This document shows, piece after piece, positions 28,185-37,478 of a stretch of DNA of 64,000 nucleotides; positions within the stretch are counted from its first letter, which is position 1, and each line of letters begins with the position of its first letter. The stretch comes from Candidatus Kaiserbacteria bacterium. GTDB taxonomy: Bacteria; Patescibacteriota; Minisyncoccia; Phycocordibacterales; Phycocordibacteraceae. Where the stretch lies: NCBI GenBank assembly GCA_963813065.1, contig CAWEXP010000008.1:9289-73288 (forward strand), read 5' to 3'. The position numbers and the translations under genes are program-made. Below the pieces are notes generated by a model. The model worked only from the letters and a program-made list of their open reading frames with translations, ran no database searches and was not told the origin of the DNA.

Positions 28185-28892
28185 ATGAAGACCGTCATCC
28201 ATCGAGCAGACGAGCGCGGGGTAGGGGAGCATGGCTGGCTCTCGACCCGCTATAGCTTCAGCTTCGCAGATTGGTATGAGCCGACCCGGATGGGCTTCGG
28301 CACTCTCCGCGTCATCAACGACGATACAATCGCACCCGCGTCAGGCTTCCCCATGCATGCGCATCAGGATATGGAAATCATCACCATCGTGATGCGCGGG
28401 GCAGTGACGCACAAAGACAGTTTGGAAAATGTGGGCACGGTCCCCGCCGGCGACATCCAGGTGATGAGCGCGGGCACTGGCATTGTACACTCCGAGTACA
28501 ACGCCTCCGCGAGTGCGCCGCTCGCGCTCTTCCAGATCTGGATCGAGCCGAACAAGCATGGTGTCCGCCCACGCTACGCGCAGAAGTCATTTACCGATGC
28601 AAAGAGGAGCGATTTCCAACTACTCGCATCGCCCACGGGAGCGAATGGGAGTTTAGGCATACACCAAGACGCCTACATCTGCCTGGCGCGCGTGGACAGA
28701 GACCATCCGCTCAACTTTGAATTACAGAACAAGCGCCACGGCGTGTATCTGTTTGTCATCAGCGGCTCGATAGAAATAGCGGGGGAGACGCTCGACGCAC
28801 GCGACGCCATCGGCATCACCGAAGCCGACAAAATCCGCATCGAATCGCCACAATCTGCCGAGCTCCTCATCATAGAGGTGCCGATGAGCTAA
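28185..28892 (+). CDS. pirin-family cupin protein
   Basis: GFGTLRVINDDTIAPASGFPMHAHQDMEIITIVMRG matches the pirin N-terminal cupin motif. Confidence 0.85.
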   Translation: MKTVIHRADERGVGEHGWLSTRYSFSFADWYEPTRMGFGTLRVINDDTIAPASGFPMHAHQDMEIITIVMRGAVTHKDSLENVGTVPAGDIQVMSAGTGIVHSEYNASASAPLALFQIWIEPNKHGVRPRYAQKSFTDAKRSDFQLLASPTGANGSLGIHQDAYICLARVDRDHPLNFELQNKRHGVYLFVISGSIEIAGETLDARDAIGITEADKIRIESPQSAELLIIEVPMS

Positions 28893-28929
28893 AGAAAACC
28901 CCGGCCGTAGCCGGGGCAAGAGATGATGT

Positions 28930-29205
28930 CTAGAGTTTTAGCTTGCGCACCAGAAATGCGAGAATTTGTTCGCCGCGCCAGCGCCACATTCCTGCCAGAA
29001 AGCACCCGAGCAAGAACGCGCTACTGCTCCAAAAGACAAATTGACGGACAATCGCTGACCCGTCATAGACCAATACTTCGGCCACTATGAACGCCAACAG
29101 GAACAATTGGAACTCTTGTGGATGTTTGCCGACAAACCAAAATACCAGCATGTATCCATACACGAAAGCCGTGAGGCAAGCCGCAAATAGAATAATCAGA
29201 CCCAT
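28930..29205 (-). CDS. small membrane protein (91 aa)
   Basis: AAGGAG sits 7 nt upstream of the ATG. Two or three TM helices. Minus-strand terminator downstream. Confidence 0.45.
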   Translation of the reverse strand: MGLIILFAACLTAFVYGYMLVFWFVGKHPQEFQLFLLAFIVAEVLVYDGSAIVRQFVFWSSSAFLLGCFLAGMWRWRGEQILAFLVRKLKL

Positions 29206-29224
29206 TTACATCTCCTTTCTTGAC

Positions 29225-29419
29225 TTAGCCGAACCATGCAATCACAAGAGAGAGGAAGACCAGGCACACCGCAACCCAACCGAGTCCGCAGATGCACCGT
29301 ATGACAGCTTTCGCGAACCACGACTTTGGTTCGTCTTCAACAAAAATACAGAGCATGCCGGCCAGAAAGACGAGTCCTTCACCGGACAAGAGTAAACTTT
29401 GTGAGAGCGTGTATTCCAC
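29225..29419 (-). CDS. small membrane protein (64 aa)
   Basis: GTG start with AAGGAG 5 nt upstream. Two TM helices. Confidence 0.4.
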   Translation of the reverse strand: MEYTLSQSLLLSGEGLVFLAGMLCIFVEDEPKSWFAKAVIRCICGLGWVAVCLVFLSLVIAWFG

Positions 29420-29468
29420 ATGGTCTCCTTTTCAGTTTTTAGAGTGGGTCGCGATGCAAGCCGGGATA

Positions 29469-29696
29469 CTAGTCGTCGCGAAAGCGATATTTCTTTTCGC
29501 GTTCCTTTTCACGTTCCCATTTGTAGCCACCGCATTTCCATGCGGACACTGCCAGAAGAAGAAACGCTGGTATCCCAATTAACCACGAGTCCATATACAC
29601 GGCGAGCATCAAGATTAATGAACAGGCCCAAACCAGCGCCCGCCATCGCTTTTCCGTCATGTTTTCCTCCGTCAATGAGCCGGGCACCATGCCCAA
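29469..29696 (-). CDS. small membrane protein (75 aa)
   Basis: Hydrophobic core followed by a basic, Glu/Lys-rich tail. Low-GC tandem with the two previous genes. Confidence 0.35.
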   Translation of the reverse strand: MGMVPGSLTEENMTEKRWRALVWACSLILMLAVYMDSWLIGIPAFLLLAVSAWKCGGYKWEREKEREKKYRFRDD

Positions 29697-29852
29697 CTTC
29701 CGATAAGAAGAATACAGAACAATGTGTGAATTTGTCAGTACTGGCCTGATTCTATAAATTTCTTGGCCGAAATGTGACGTATATGCTTGTTCGTATAGGT
29801 GATAAATGTCAGAAATATTGACAAAATAGCTGGTTTAGAATAAGCTGTTTGC

Positions 29853-30590
29853 GTGAATGCAACGATATTAGAATCGCTCGGGATGGGCGAAAAGGCGGCA
29901 AAAATATATCTCGCGGGGCTCGCGCTCGGGACGACGAGCGTACAAGAGCTCGCGCGGAAGTCGGGCTTGAAGCGCCCGACGGTGTATCTGCACATCGACG
30001 AGCTGGTGAAGCAGGGACTCTTTGAGCTCGCACCAATCAACAAGAAAAATTATTACCGCGCGACCGATCCCACCACGATCGAGGAGCGCATGCAGAAAAA
30101 CTTGGCGGCACTCCAGCGCGAAATGCCCAAGCTCGAAGCAATGCGCGGCGATCTGCACGGGAAGCCCTCGGTGCGCATTCTCGAAGGCGAAGAAGGAGTG
30201 CGGCAGGTCTATCGCGAGATTGCGAAGGCGCACAGTTGGCGCATCTGGTCCAACGTCGGCGACGCGTACGGCCAGTTCTACCAGATCTATATGGAACTCT
30301 GCGAGGCCGTGCGCGAGCAGGGCACCAGCGTGCGCGAAATTATTGCGGACACCAAGGAATGCCGCCACCAGGCGCGGCTCGTTGCGAAAATTGCGGGGCC
30401 TACCTATACCGCGCGCACGGCGACCGTCGAAGGGCTCGAGAACGATACGATTATTTATGGCAACACGGTTGCGCTCTTCCGGCTCTCGGGATTGAATATG
30501 TTTGTGGTTCGCATTGAGGACAAAACTATTGCTGATTCACTCCGAGCTATTTTCGAGATGGCATGGAAGACTGCGCGATCACTCACATAA
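29853..30590 (+). CDS. TrmB-like wHTH transcriptional regulator, paralog family B
   Basis: GEKAAKIYLAGLALGTTSVQELARKSGLKRPTVYLHIDELVKQGL HTH. Shares its C-terminal domain with 19000..19773 and 47695..48588. Confidence 0.7.
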   Translation: MNATILESLGMGEKAAKIYLAGLALGTTSVQELARKSGLKRPTVYLHIDELVKQGLFELAPINKKNYYRATDPTTIEERMQKNLAALQREMPKLEAMRGDLHGKPSVRILEGEEGVRQVYREIAKAHSWRIWSNVGDAYGQFYQIYMELCEAVREQGTSVREIIADTKECRHQARLVAKIAGPTYTARTATVEGLENDTIIYGNTVALFRLSGLNMFVVRIEDKTIADSLRAIFEMAWKTARSLT

Positions 30591-30592
30591 GT

Positions 30593-31102
30593 ATGACCAT
30601 TACTCTGATTGGCATGAGCGGAGCGGGGAAGAGCGCCGTGGCGGAACACCTCGTGCGCCTCTCGGGCGGCACAATGCTCGATATCGATAAGGTTATCGAG
30701 AGCGAAGAAGGTGAGGCGCTCGAACACACCCTCGCGCGCCTGGGCGAAGAAGATTTTCTGCGGAGAGAAGAGCGCGCGGCGCTCGCACTCAACCTCGACG
30801 AGCACGCCATCATTTCGACCGGCGGGAGCATTGTGCTTTTGCCCGAGGCGATGGCATTCCTCAAAGAGAATTCGACAGTGATTTATCTGCAGACAGACTT
30901 CGAGACGATTGCGCAGAGGATCGGCGAAGGTGGTGGCCGCGGTATCGTCGGCTTGGGGCGCAAATCGCTTCGCGAGATTTATGACGAGCGGCTTCCACTC
31001 TACGAGCAATACGCCGACATCATTGTCGATACTAATCGTGCATCAGTCGAAGACATTGCAGGCCGAGCGTACGCGCTCGCGCAATCTACAAATTTTTCGT
31101 AA
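30593..31102 (+). CDS. aroK: shikimate kinase
   Basis: ITLIGMSGAGKSAV Walker A and shikimate-kinase layout. ATG 30593 chosen over the upstream track start, which overlaps the preceding gene. Confidence 0.8.
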   Translation: MTITLIGMSGAGKSAVAEHLVRLSGGTMLDIDKVIESEEGEALEHTLARLGEEDFLRREERAALALNLDEHAIISTGGSIVLLPEAMAFLKENSTVIYLQTDFETIAQRIGEGGGRGIVGLGRKSLREIYDERLPLYEQYADIIVDTNRASVEDIAGRAYALAQSTNFS

Positions 31103-32261
31103 TCTCCGCTTCGAGTGCGCGGATTTGCGGGGCGAATGCGGAGGCGGCTTGCATAGGCGTTTCTGCAAAAAGAGTTTCGAGTGTGGTGCCCGTCTCGCCG
31201 ATGTACGCGCGGCGGATGTAGTCAGCAGTGATGGCGTTCACATTGCGCGTATTGGTCGCACCCTCGACGGTGCTCGTGGTAATCGTGGCTTCGAGATTAC
31301 CCGAGGTGCCCGCGACACCGCCGCCCGAGGAGCCCTCCTGCGCCGCGGCAGAGCCCCCGAGCGCGATGATGTCGGGTGTATCGGTGTCAAAGGTGTACAC
31401 GCCTTTCACGCTCCCGTAGACAATGGTGGGGTAGAGCGAAGATTGTATCTGGGCGGATTGCAGGAATTGCGCACCATACGAGGCGATGACGACCGGCTCA
31501 TTCGTCGTCGGCGCAACACTCGCGAGCGGAATGGCAGGGAAGATGGTTGGGAGCGCCGCACCACCTGTGGTGAGCGAAGTCGAACCAGACGCAGAACCGG
31601 TAATCGCGAGCAGTGCGTAATCGTGTTCGCCATCGCCCGAGGGTGCCGACTCGGAGAGGACCGCGCTGTTGGCAGAAATCCACGCCGGCGAAATGAACAT
31701 GAGCGCGGCGCGATAACTGTCGACGGCGGGACTGCCCACGCGAATGTCGCAGGCGACGCCGCGATCAGCGAGGAGGAAATATTGCGCGACGTGTGCATTG
31801 GTGAGGATGATGCCGCGCGAATCGATGATGATGCCACTCCCCGATATTGAGCGAATGGAGGAACCTGCAGGCGCGTAACAGACGATATTGACGAGTGCCG
31901 AGCGGAGCGCAAGCGCGGTGGCATCGAGCGGCACCGTACTCGCGGGCGCGGGGCTAGCCGGCACCGGAATAACGACAGCCGGAGGAGCGGGCGGTGCAGC
32001 CGAAATCTTTTTTATCGGTGGAGTCGGCGTGGCTGGCGCAGGAGCAACAGGGATAGTCGAAGAAGGAAGCGTTGGCAAAAGACTCTGGATGGTGATCGGC
32101 GCGGATTTCTCGCTTGGTATCACCACAAGCTCGGGCGACGAGCTCGAACTTTCTGACGCAACGACGGCGACCGGCCGGGGCGGCGCACCCGTAGAATAGA
32201 CCACGATGAAGGCCGCGAGGAGACATCCTGCCGCGACACCGAAGTAGGGAAACCAGCGCAT
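31086..32261 (-). CDS. membrane-anchored trypsin-like (S1) serine protease
   Basis: N-terminal TM anchor and Pro-rich linker. GSGIIIDSRGIILTNAHV (His region), DYALLAI (Asp), QEGSSGGGV (GDSGG-like Ser). Confidence 0.65.
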   Translation of the reverse strand: MRWFPYFGVAAGCLLAAFIVVYSTGAPPRPVAVVASESSSSSPELVVIPSEKSAPITIQSLLPTLPSSTIPVAPAPATPTPPIKKISAAPPAPPAVVIPVPASPAPASTVPLDATALALRSALVNIVCYAPAGSSIRSISGSGIIIDSRGIILTNAHVAQYFLLADRGVACDIRVGSPAVDSYRAALMFISPAWISANSAVLSESAPSGDGEHDYALLAITGSASGSTSLTTGGAALPTIFPAIPLASVAPTTNEPVVIASYGAQFLQSAQIQSSLYPTIVYGSVKGVYTFDTDTPDIIALGGSAAAQEGSSGGGVAGTSGNLEATITTSTVEGATNTRNVNAITADYIRRAYIGETGTTLETLFAETPMQAASAFAPQIRALEAEITKNL

Positions 32262-32311
32262 TACGGTAACGCTACCGCAAAAACCGAAAAAACGGTATGC
32301 TCGAAATGTTC

Positions 32312-32385
32312 GCGGAGTTAGTTTAATGGTAGAACTTCAGTTTTCCAAACTGATAGCGGGAGTTCGATTCTCCCACTCCGCACCA
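32312..32385 (+). tRNA. tRNA-Gly (anticodon TCC), CCA encoded
   Basis: Acceptor GCGGAGT/ACTCCGC, anticodon loop TTTCCAA, T-arm GGGAG-TTCGATT-CTCCC, 3' CCA. Confidence 0.8.
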
Positions 32386-32457
32386 TCTAGTGCTAGTTCA
32401 AGTGACCGAGGTGCTCCGTTGGTAATAGTAGCTACCCAACGAGCTATACTCTCAGAT

Positions 32458-32943
32458 ATGGAGCTCTGGCTCAACTTTGTAGTTGTCGGTCTCGTCGCCC
32501 TTTTTCTTTTTATGGTCTGCGTATTCCGTGAACAGAGATATTCTGATGCGCCCCGTCTTCTTTTGCTAGGAATTATTACCGGTGTGCCGCTCGGTTTACT
32601 TTCTGACTTCGCGTTGCGGGGAACATATACATACCCGCTCGGATACGGATTACTCTATTTAATCCTTAACGCCGCGGTCGTGTACGGACTCTTCGTAGCT
32701 ACTGTCTTGGCTTTGCAACGGGTTCGGTTCTTACGTTTTTCTATCTGGATTATCGCAATTATGGCGGTATACGAAATTACTAACCACGTCTTTCCTGTAT
32801 GGGGTTACAAAGTCTCGCCGTTTCTCGGATGGCTCTCGTTCGTTCTGGTGGGTTATTTTGCGACCGCGATTTTTATTGCGCTAATTGGTCATATGATTTT
32901 CGGATACAGATTTCAACTTATTAACGACTTACTCAAGAAATGA
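32458..32943 (+). CDS. polytopic membrane protein (about 161 aa)
   Basis: Four or five TM helices. I moved the start to Met 32458 so that it no longer overlaps tRNA-Gly. Confidence 0.45.
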   Translation: MELWLNFVVVGLVALFLFMVCVFREQRYSDAPRLLLLGIITGVPLGLLSDFALRGTYTYPLGYGLLYLILNAAVVYGLFVATVLALQRVRFLRFSIWIIAIMAVYEITNHVFPVWGYKVSPFLGWLSFVLVGYFATAIFIALIGHMIFGYRFQLINDLLKK

Positions 32944-33089
32944 TCTTTTTACAGAAGATCCGACTCTGTCTCAGATTTTTCTGACCGAAATGCCTCACTT
33001 GCTCGATGGGGAAGCCGCGAAAGCGGCCTTGCAGGAGAGGCAAAGAAAGTGTACGGTGCGAGAAGAATCTCGATCTTGAAGGAGGCAAT

Positions 33090-33344
33090 ATGCGTGCGCT
33101 CTACACTATTGAAGACGCGCTCAAAAAATCGTCTCTGGACCTCAACATCCTGCTGACGCCACCGACACAGGAGGGCGAGATACCTCAGCTCGATATCCGA
33201 CGCGGACGACAGCACGTCGTAATCCAGGCGCTTGCAGAAACGCTCTTCGGCGTCTCCGCAGACGGGCCGGATACGCTCTACGAATCTGAGGAAGATACGC
33301 TTGTCGCCGTTATCGCTCTGCTCGAACAACCGCAATACGACTAA
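33090..33344 (+). CDS. small acidic hypothetical protein (84 aa)
   Basis: AAGGAGG sits 4 nt before ATG 33090. Strong terminator immediately downstream. Confidence 0.5.
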   Translation: MRALYTIEDALKKSSLDLNILLTPPTQEGEIPQLDIRRGRQHVVIQALAETLFGVSADGPDTLYESEEDTLVAVIALLEQPQYD

Positions 33345-33348
33345 TTCT

Positions 33349-33377
33349 GCGGCCCCAGTCGGGGCCGTTTCTTTTTC
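33349..33377 (+). terminator. Rho-independent terminator
   Basis: cggcccc-agtc-ggggccg stem followed by TTTCTTTTTC. Confidence 0.6.
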
Positions 33378-33401
33378 TCTGCGCAGGAGTAGGCTTATTG
33401 C

Positions 33402-34559
33402 ATGGAACCCCTTGCCGCGCGGATACGGCCCACGACTATCGAAGAAGTCGTGGGGCAGGAGCGCCTTGTCGGCGAGGGCAAGCCGCTCCGCGTCGCGGTA
33501 GAGAAGAAGCACCTCTTCTCCTTCATCCTCTGGGGCCCGCCGGGGACGGGGAAGACGACCATCGCGCGAATCTATGCGCGAGCACTCGACGCAGAGCTTT
33601 TCGAGCTCTCGGCGGTCTCTGCGGGGAAGGAGGATATCAAGAAAATTATCGAGAAAGGGAAGGCGCCGGGGAGCCGCAGTATCCAGCTCATCGCGAGCAA
33701 GCCCAAAGTACTCTTTCTCGACGAGATCCATCGCTTCAATAAGTCGCAACAAGATTTTCTCCTGCCCTATGTCGAGAGCGGGGAACTGACGCTCATCGGC
33801 GCGACCACTGAGAACCCGAGCTTCGAAGTCATCGGCGCGCTCCTCTCGCGGTGTCGCGTGTTCGTGCTCGAACCACTCTCTGAAGAGGCACTGAAAGCAA
33901 TTGTAAAAAGAACAAAACTGAAAGTGCCAAAGGATGCGTTCGATTGGCTCCTCGGCTACAGCAACGGCGATGCACGCAAGGCGATCGGCATGCTCGAAGG
34001 GGCGCAAGAGTTATATGGAAAAGTAACTGCCGAGAACTTAGGCCGCGCGCTCGAGTCGCCGAACCTGCGCTATGACAAGAAGGGCGAAGAGCACTACGAC
34101 ACCATCTCGGCGTTTATTAAGAGCATGCGCGCCAGCCAGCCCGACGCGGCTATCTACTATCTCGCGCGGATGGTCGAGGCGGGCGAGGATCCGCTCTTCA
34201 TCGCTCGCCGGATGGTCGTCTTCGCCTCTGAGGATATTGGCCTCGCGCAACCGACCGCGCTCGTGGTCGCCAACGCCGTCTTCCGCGCCTGCGAGACGAT
34301 TGGGTACCCCGAGTGCGCCATCAATCTCGCGCACGGCGTCGCGTACCTCGCAAGCGCCAAGAAGAATCGCTCGGCCTATAACGCACTCCGCGCGGCCCAG
34401 GCCGACATTCACGAGTCAGGCAATCTCCCTATCCCGAAAAAAATTCGTAATCCCGAGACAAAATTGATGAAAGAGCTCGGCTATGGTGCGGGCTATGAGA
34501 AATACGACAAGGAATCCTATCTGCCGGAAAAATTAAAGAAAAAGAAATACCTGAAATAG
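33402..34559 (+). CDS. rarA: replication-associated recombination protein A (MgsA/RarA AAA+ ATPase)
   Basis: [53 protein letters not shown], and the C-terminal MgsA domain. Confidence 0.9.
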   Translation: MEPLAARIRPTTIEEVVGQERLVGEGKPLRVAVEKKHLFSFILWGPPGTGKTTIARIYARALDAELFELSAVSAGKEDIKKIIEKGKAPGSRSIQLIASKPKVLFLDEIHRFNKSQQDFLLPYVESGELTLIGATTENPSFEVIGALLSRCRVFVLEPLSEEALKAIVKRTKLKVPKDAFDWLLGYSNGDARKAIGMLEGAQELYGKVTAENLGRALESPNLRYDKKGEEHYDTISAFIKSMRASQPDAAIYYLARMVEAGEDPLFIARRMVVFASEDIGLAQPTALVVANAVFRACETIGYPECAINLAHGVAYLASAKKNRSAYNALRAAQADIHESGNLPIPKKIRNPETKLMKELGYGAGYEKYDKESYLPEKLKKKKYLK

Positions 34560-34587
34560 AAAAGGCCCCGACTATCGGGGCCTTTTA
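34558..34587. terminator. bidirectional Rho-independent terminator
   Basis: A-run, then ggccccg-actat-cggggcc stem, then TTTT. Confidence 0.55.
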
Positions 34588-34597
34588 AGACTTGAGA

Positions 34598-35170
34598 TTA
34601 TGCTGTAGCTACAACGCGATGCTTGCGCTCCTTCAGCCAGTGCGAGATCTTCATCCCGCTCCAGACGATGCCCGTTCCTGCCGCAATCACTGCAGATGGG
34701 ACAAGCATGAGCGAGAGGGCGATGGCGCTCGAATCGGTGAGGCCTGCCGCCATAAGCTGCGACACGACGCCATCAAGGCCGAGCGCCGAGGATGCCGTCG
34801 CGCCCTCTAAGAGAGCGGCACTAAGCCCAGCAACACTAGAGACGATAGCCAGACCGGCGCCGACTTCAATCGTCTTGCCGCGCCGATATGCATCATTCAC
34901 TTTTTCTTGAGAAGCCATGTCAATTCCCTTCTTTTCAGGTCCGCTTTCTACTTTAGCAGATTCTTGCCCGTTGTCAATAGCTTTCTTCTCTTGTGCGGCC
35001 GTGTGCGCGAGACGTTCTTGCACTGCCGCAATCGCCGCCTCGCGTGCCTCGGGAGTTTCTGCGCTCGGTGCTACGGCTACAGCTTCAAGGGGTTCTGGAG
35101 CTGGAATTGGTTCTGTCTCGAGTCCGATATCTGCTGTGGTCATTTCACGAAGCGGCTGATTTTCATTCAT
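34598..35170 (-). CDS. hypothetical membrane protein with C-terminal TM region
   Basis: Open frame lying between the bidirectional terminator and the NUDIX gene. Hydrophobic C-terminus. Confidence 0.4.
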   Translation of the reverse strand: MNENQPLREMTTADIGLETEPIPAPEPLEAVAVAPSAETPEAREAAIAAVQERLAHTAAQEKKAIDNGQESAKVESGPEKKGIDMASQEKVNDAYRRGKTIEVGAGLAIVSSVAGLSAALLEGATASSALGLDGVVSQLMAAGLTDSSAIALSLMLVPSAVIAAGTGIVWSGMKISHWLKERKHRVVATA

Positions 35171-35173
35171 ACG

Positions 35174-35734
35174 TTACGGTTGCGGGCTAATGTCACTAGT
35201 ATAGCGTATAAGCTTCTCGAGAATCGCGGACTCGTCGATATCGTCGCGGCCGAATTTTTCTCTTTGCGCTTTCATTAAAGGAATCAATTCTGCGGCGCTT
35301 TTCCATTCGAGAATACTCTGACCCTCTTCGTCGGCCATATCGCGCTCGCCCGGGAGCTCGCCGGCATAGGTGCAGAGGAAATAGAGTGTCGTCTTCTGAA
35401 AAAGCTCAGCGCCGTCGGTGCCATGCGCGGTGATTGAGCCGAAGTAGTCGTCGATGGTTGCGGTGCAATTGAACTCTTCCTGCAAACCACGGTGCACCGC
35501 CGATTCGAGCGTCTCGTTTGGGTTCAACGTCTCCCGCATAAGGATGTAGAAATCACTCACCCCGACGCCTTTCCAGAATCCGCTCGGGAGATCGGCGGGG
35601 AAGTGGTGGACGCGGATTAGTCCTTCTGCATTTCGCACCACGGCACCAACGGAGATGTGACGCGGATGTTTCGCATTGCCTTGGAAATAGTTCATGTATG
35701 CATCATAGCAAAAGCCCGCGGCGCAAGGCGCCAC
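35174..35734 (-). CDS. NUDIX-hydrolase-like protein
   Basis: Loose NUDIX box around ETLESAVHRGLQEEF. Start is probably MNYFQGN at 35695. Confidence 0.4.
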   Translation of the reverse strand: MAPCAAGFCYDAYMNYFQGNAKHPRHISVGAVVRNAEGLIRVHHFPADLPSGFWKGVGVSDFYILMRETLNPNETLESAVHRGLQEEFNCTATIDDYFGSITAHGTDGAELFQKTTLYFLCTYAGELPGERDMADEEGQSILEWKSAAELIPLMKAQREKFGRDDIDESAILEKLIRYTSDISPQP

Positions 35735-35781
35735 GGGCTTTTGTACCGAAAACCTATTTAACCGCGCTTGTGCCGTGGTTC

Positions 35782-36054
35782 TTACTTTACGGCATCCTTG
35801 AGCGCCTTGGCGGGGCGGAACTTGGCCGTGCGGGTCGCCGCGATGCGAATGGTCTCGCCGGTGCGCGGATTGCGCCCCTCGCGAGCCGGGCGCGCCTTCG
35901 TGACGAAGATGCCGAGCCCCGCGATCGAGACTTCGTCGCCCTTCTTGAGCCCCTCATGGATAGACTCGATGACCGTCTCGACGGCGCGCTCCGCGTCGGC
36001 CTTGGTCGAGCCGAGAACTTCCTGCACCTTGCCTGCGATATCGTTCTTGTTCAT
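35782..36054 (-). CDS. hup: DNA-binding protein HU
   Basis: MNKNDIAGKV...GLGIFVTKARPAREGRNPRTGETIRIAATRTAKFRPAKALKDAV is the canonical HU/IHF fold sequence. Confidence 0.9.
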   Translation of the reverse strand: MNKNDIAGKVQEVLGSTKADAERAVETVIESIHEGLKKGDEVSIAGLGIFVTKARPAREGRNPRTGETIRIAATRTAKFRPAKALKDAVK

Positions 36055-36183
36055 AGTGCGTATAAGTTAGTAACAAAAGAAGTATAGGATGTGCGCTTTT
36101 TTGCGCAATGCCCCTAGACAACTCTCGGGGATAACGCGAAATGAGTAACCTGTTGATAGCACAACGCCACGCACTACCGGGAA

Positions 36184-37185
36184 TTGCACAAATATACGAT
36201 TCCCGGTAAAATAAGCCACATTATGAAGATACACCTGCCTAACAGCGCCTTTCTCGGGAATTTAGACTCCTTCTTGCGAAAGTTTGATCCGAGCAATCCA
36301 AAGGAGCTCCGAATAACCGCAAATCCGAATTGGGTATCGGTGCACCCTGTCGTTCTCACAATGATTGCCGCGCTTGGGCAGATTGTTCCACCTGGAAATA
36401 TCGCCTTCGAGATTATGGAAGCGAAATCGAAGCACTACTTTCAACGGATGGGACTTTTCACTATGCTGGGACTCGATTCCGGCATGTCCATAACTGAACA
36501 CGACTCTACCGGGAGATTCATTCCGCTCACCCAAATAAAAAATTCTACCGAGCAAACGAATTTTATAAAAGAAATGGTGCCTCTTCTCCATCTTTCTCCA
36601 GAACACACTGAGCCCATACGCTATATCCTTGGGGAACTCATACGCAACGTTCTTGAACATGCAGATTCGCCTCATGGAGCCATCGTGGCGGCACAATACT
36701 ATCAAAAAACCAATACCATTCGTATTGGTATTTGTGACGTGGGTGTAGGAATTACCAAGACGATCAGACAATCACACCATGCTCTTGACGACCTACAGGC
36801 ACTACGTCTCGCCTTAACGCCGGGGATAACGGGTACAACGAAAAGAGAGGGTGGTACGCAACAGAATGCCGGTGCAGGACTTTTTTTCGTAAAATCGATT
36901 GCCGCCGTGAATGGAGACTTTTTTGACATTTATAGTGGGGACGCTTTCTATAAGCTACTGCGTCAAGATTCGTCCAAGAAAAACGCTCTCAACGCCGATC
37001 CCATGGATGATCGTCATTCCGCGATGAATGAATATCCGTATTGGCAAGGGGTTGCAATTGGTATCGACATGAAACTTGACGCGCACGAAAAGTTTACCGC
37101 CCTCTTGGGACACATACGAAATGTATATGCGAAAGCAGTGCGCGACCGCAAGAAAGTACATTATAAAAAACCTTTATTCATATGA
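36184..37185 (+). CDS. GHKL-family (histidine-kinase-like) ATPase, SpoIIAB/anti-sigma-kinase-like C-terminal domain
   Basis: N box ELIRNVLEHA, G1 box ICDVGVGI, G2 box GAGLFFV. Low-GC region. 333 aa with an uncharacterised N-terminal half. Confidence 0.65.
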   Translation: MHKYTIPGKISHIMKIHLPNSAFLGNLDSFLRKFDPSNPKELRITANPNWVSVHPVVLTMIAALGQIVPPGNIAFEIMEAKSKHYFQRMGLFTMLGLDSGMSITEHDSTGRFIPLTQIKNSTEQTNFIKEMVPLLHLSPEHTEPIRYILGELIRNVLEHADSPHGAIVAAQYYQKTNTIRIGICDVGVGITKTIRQSHHALDDLQALRLALTPGITGTTKREGGTQQNAGAGLFFVKSIAAVNGDFFDIYSGDAFYKLLRQDSSKKNALNADPMDDRHSAMNEYPYWQGVAIGIDMKLDAHEKFTALLGHIRNVYAKAVRDRKKVHYKKPLFI

Positions 37186-37472
37186 CCTCTATAAAAATAA
37201 AAGAACTTGCGGGAGTTTTTGCCGAAAATAAAGACGTGGCGCAACAAGCGCGCATTACAACACTCCTCCCCGCCCTTAAAAAAGGAGAGGCTGTCATCCT
37301 AGATTTCGAAGGGGTCGATGGTGCAACGCAATCCTTCGTCCATGCTCTCATTAGCGAACCGTTCCGCATCTATAAAGAAAAAACTTTGGATCTAATCCGT
37401 TTCAAAGACTGTAATAGCTCCATCAGGCAAATAATAACTATCGTGACGGAGTATATGCAGGAAGCGGAGTAA
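37182..37472 (+). CDS. STAS-like (DUF4325-like) small protein, translationally coupled to the ATPase
   Basis: ATGA overlap with the upstream gene. Ninety-six aa with an LDFEGV-containing motif reminiscent of anti-sigma-factor-antagonist/STAS-like domains. Confidence 0.5.
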   Translation: MTSIKIKELAGVFAENKDVAQQARITTLLPALKKGEAVILDFEGVDGATQSFVHALISEPFRIYKEKTLDLIRFKDCNSSIRQIITIVTEYMQEAE

Positions 37473-37478
37473 TTTTAA

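Noticed and set aside
32949-34007. 352-aa minus-strand ORF
   Set aside because: Lies entirely antisense to rarA, which has clear AAA+ motifs. A typical high-GC antisense ORF with no recognisable motifs.
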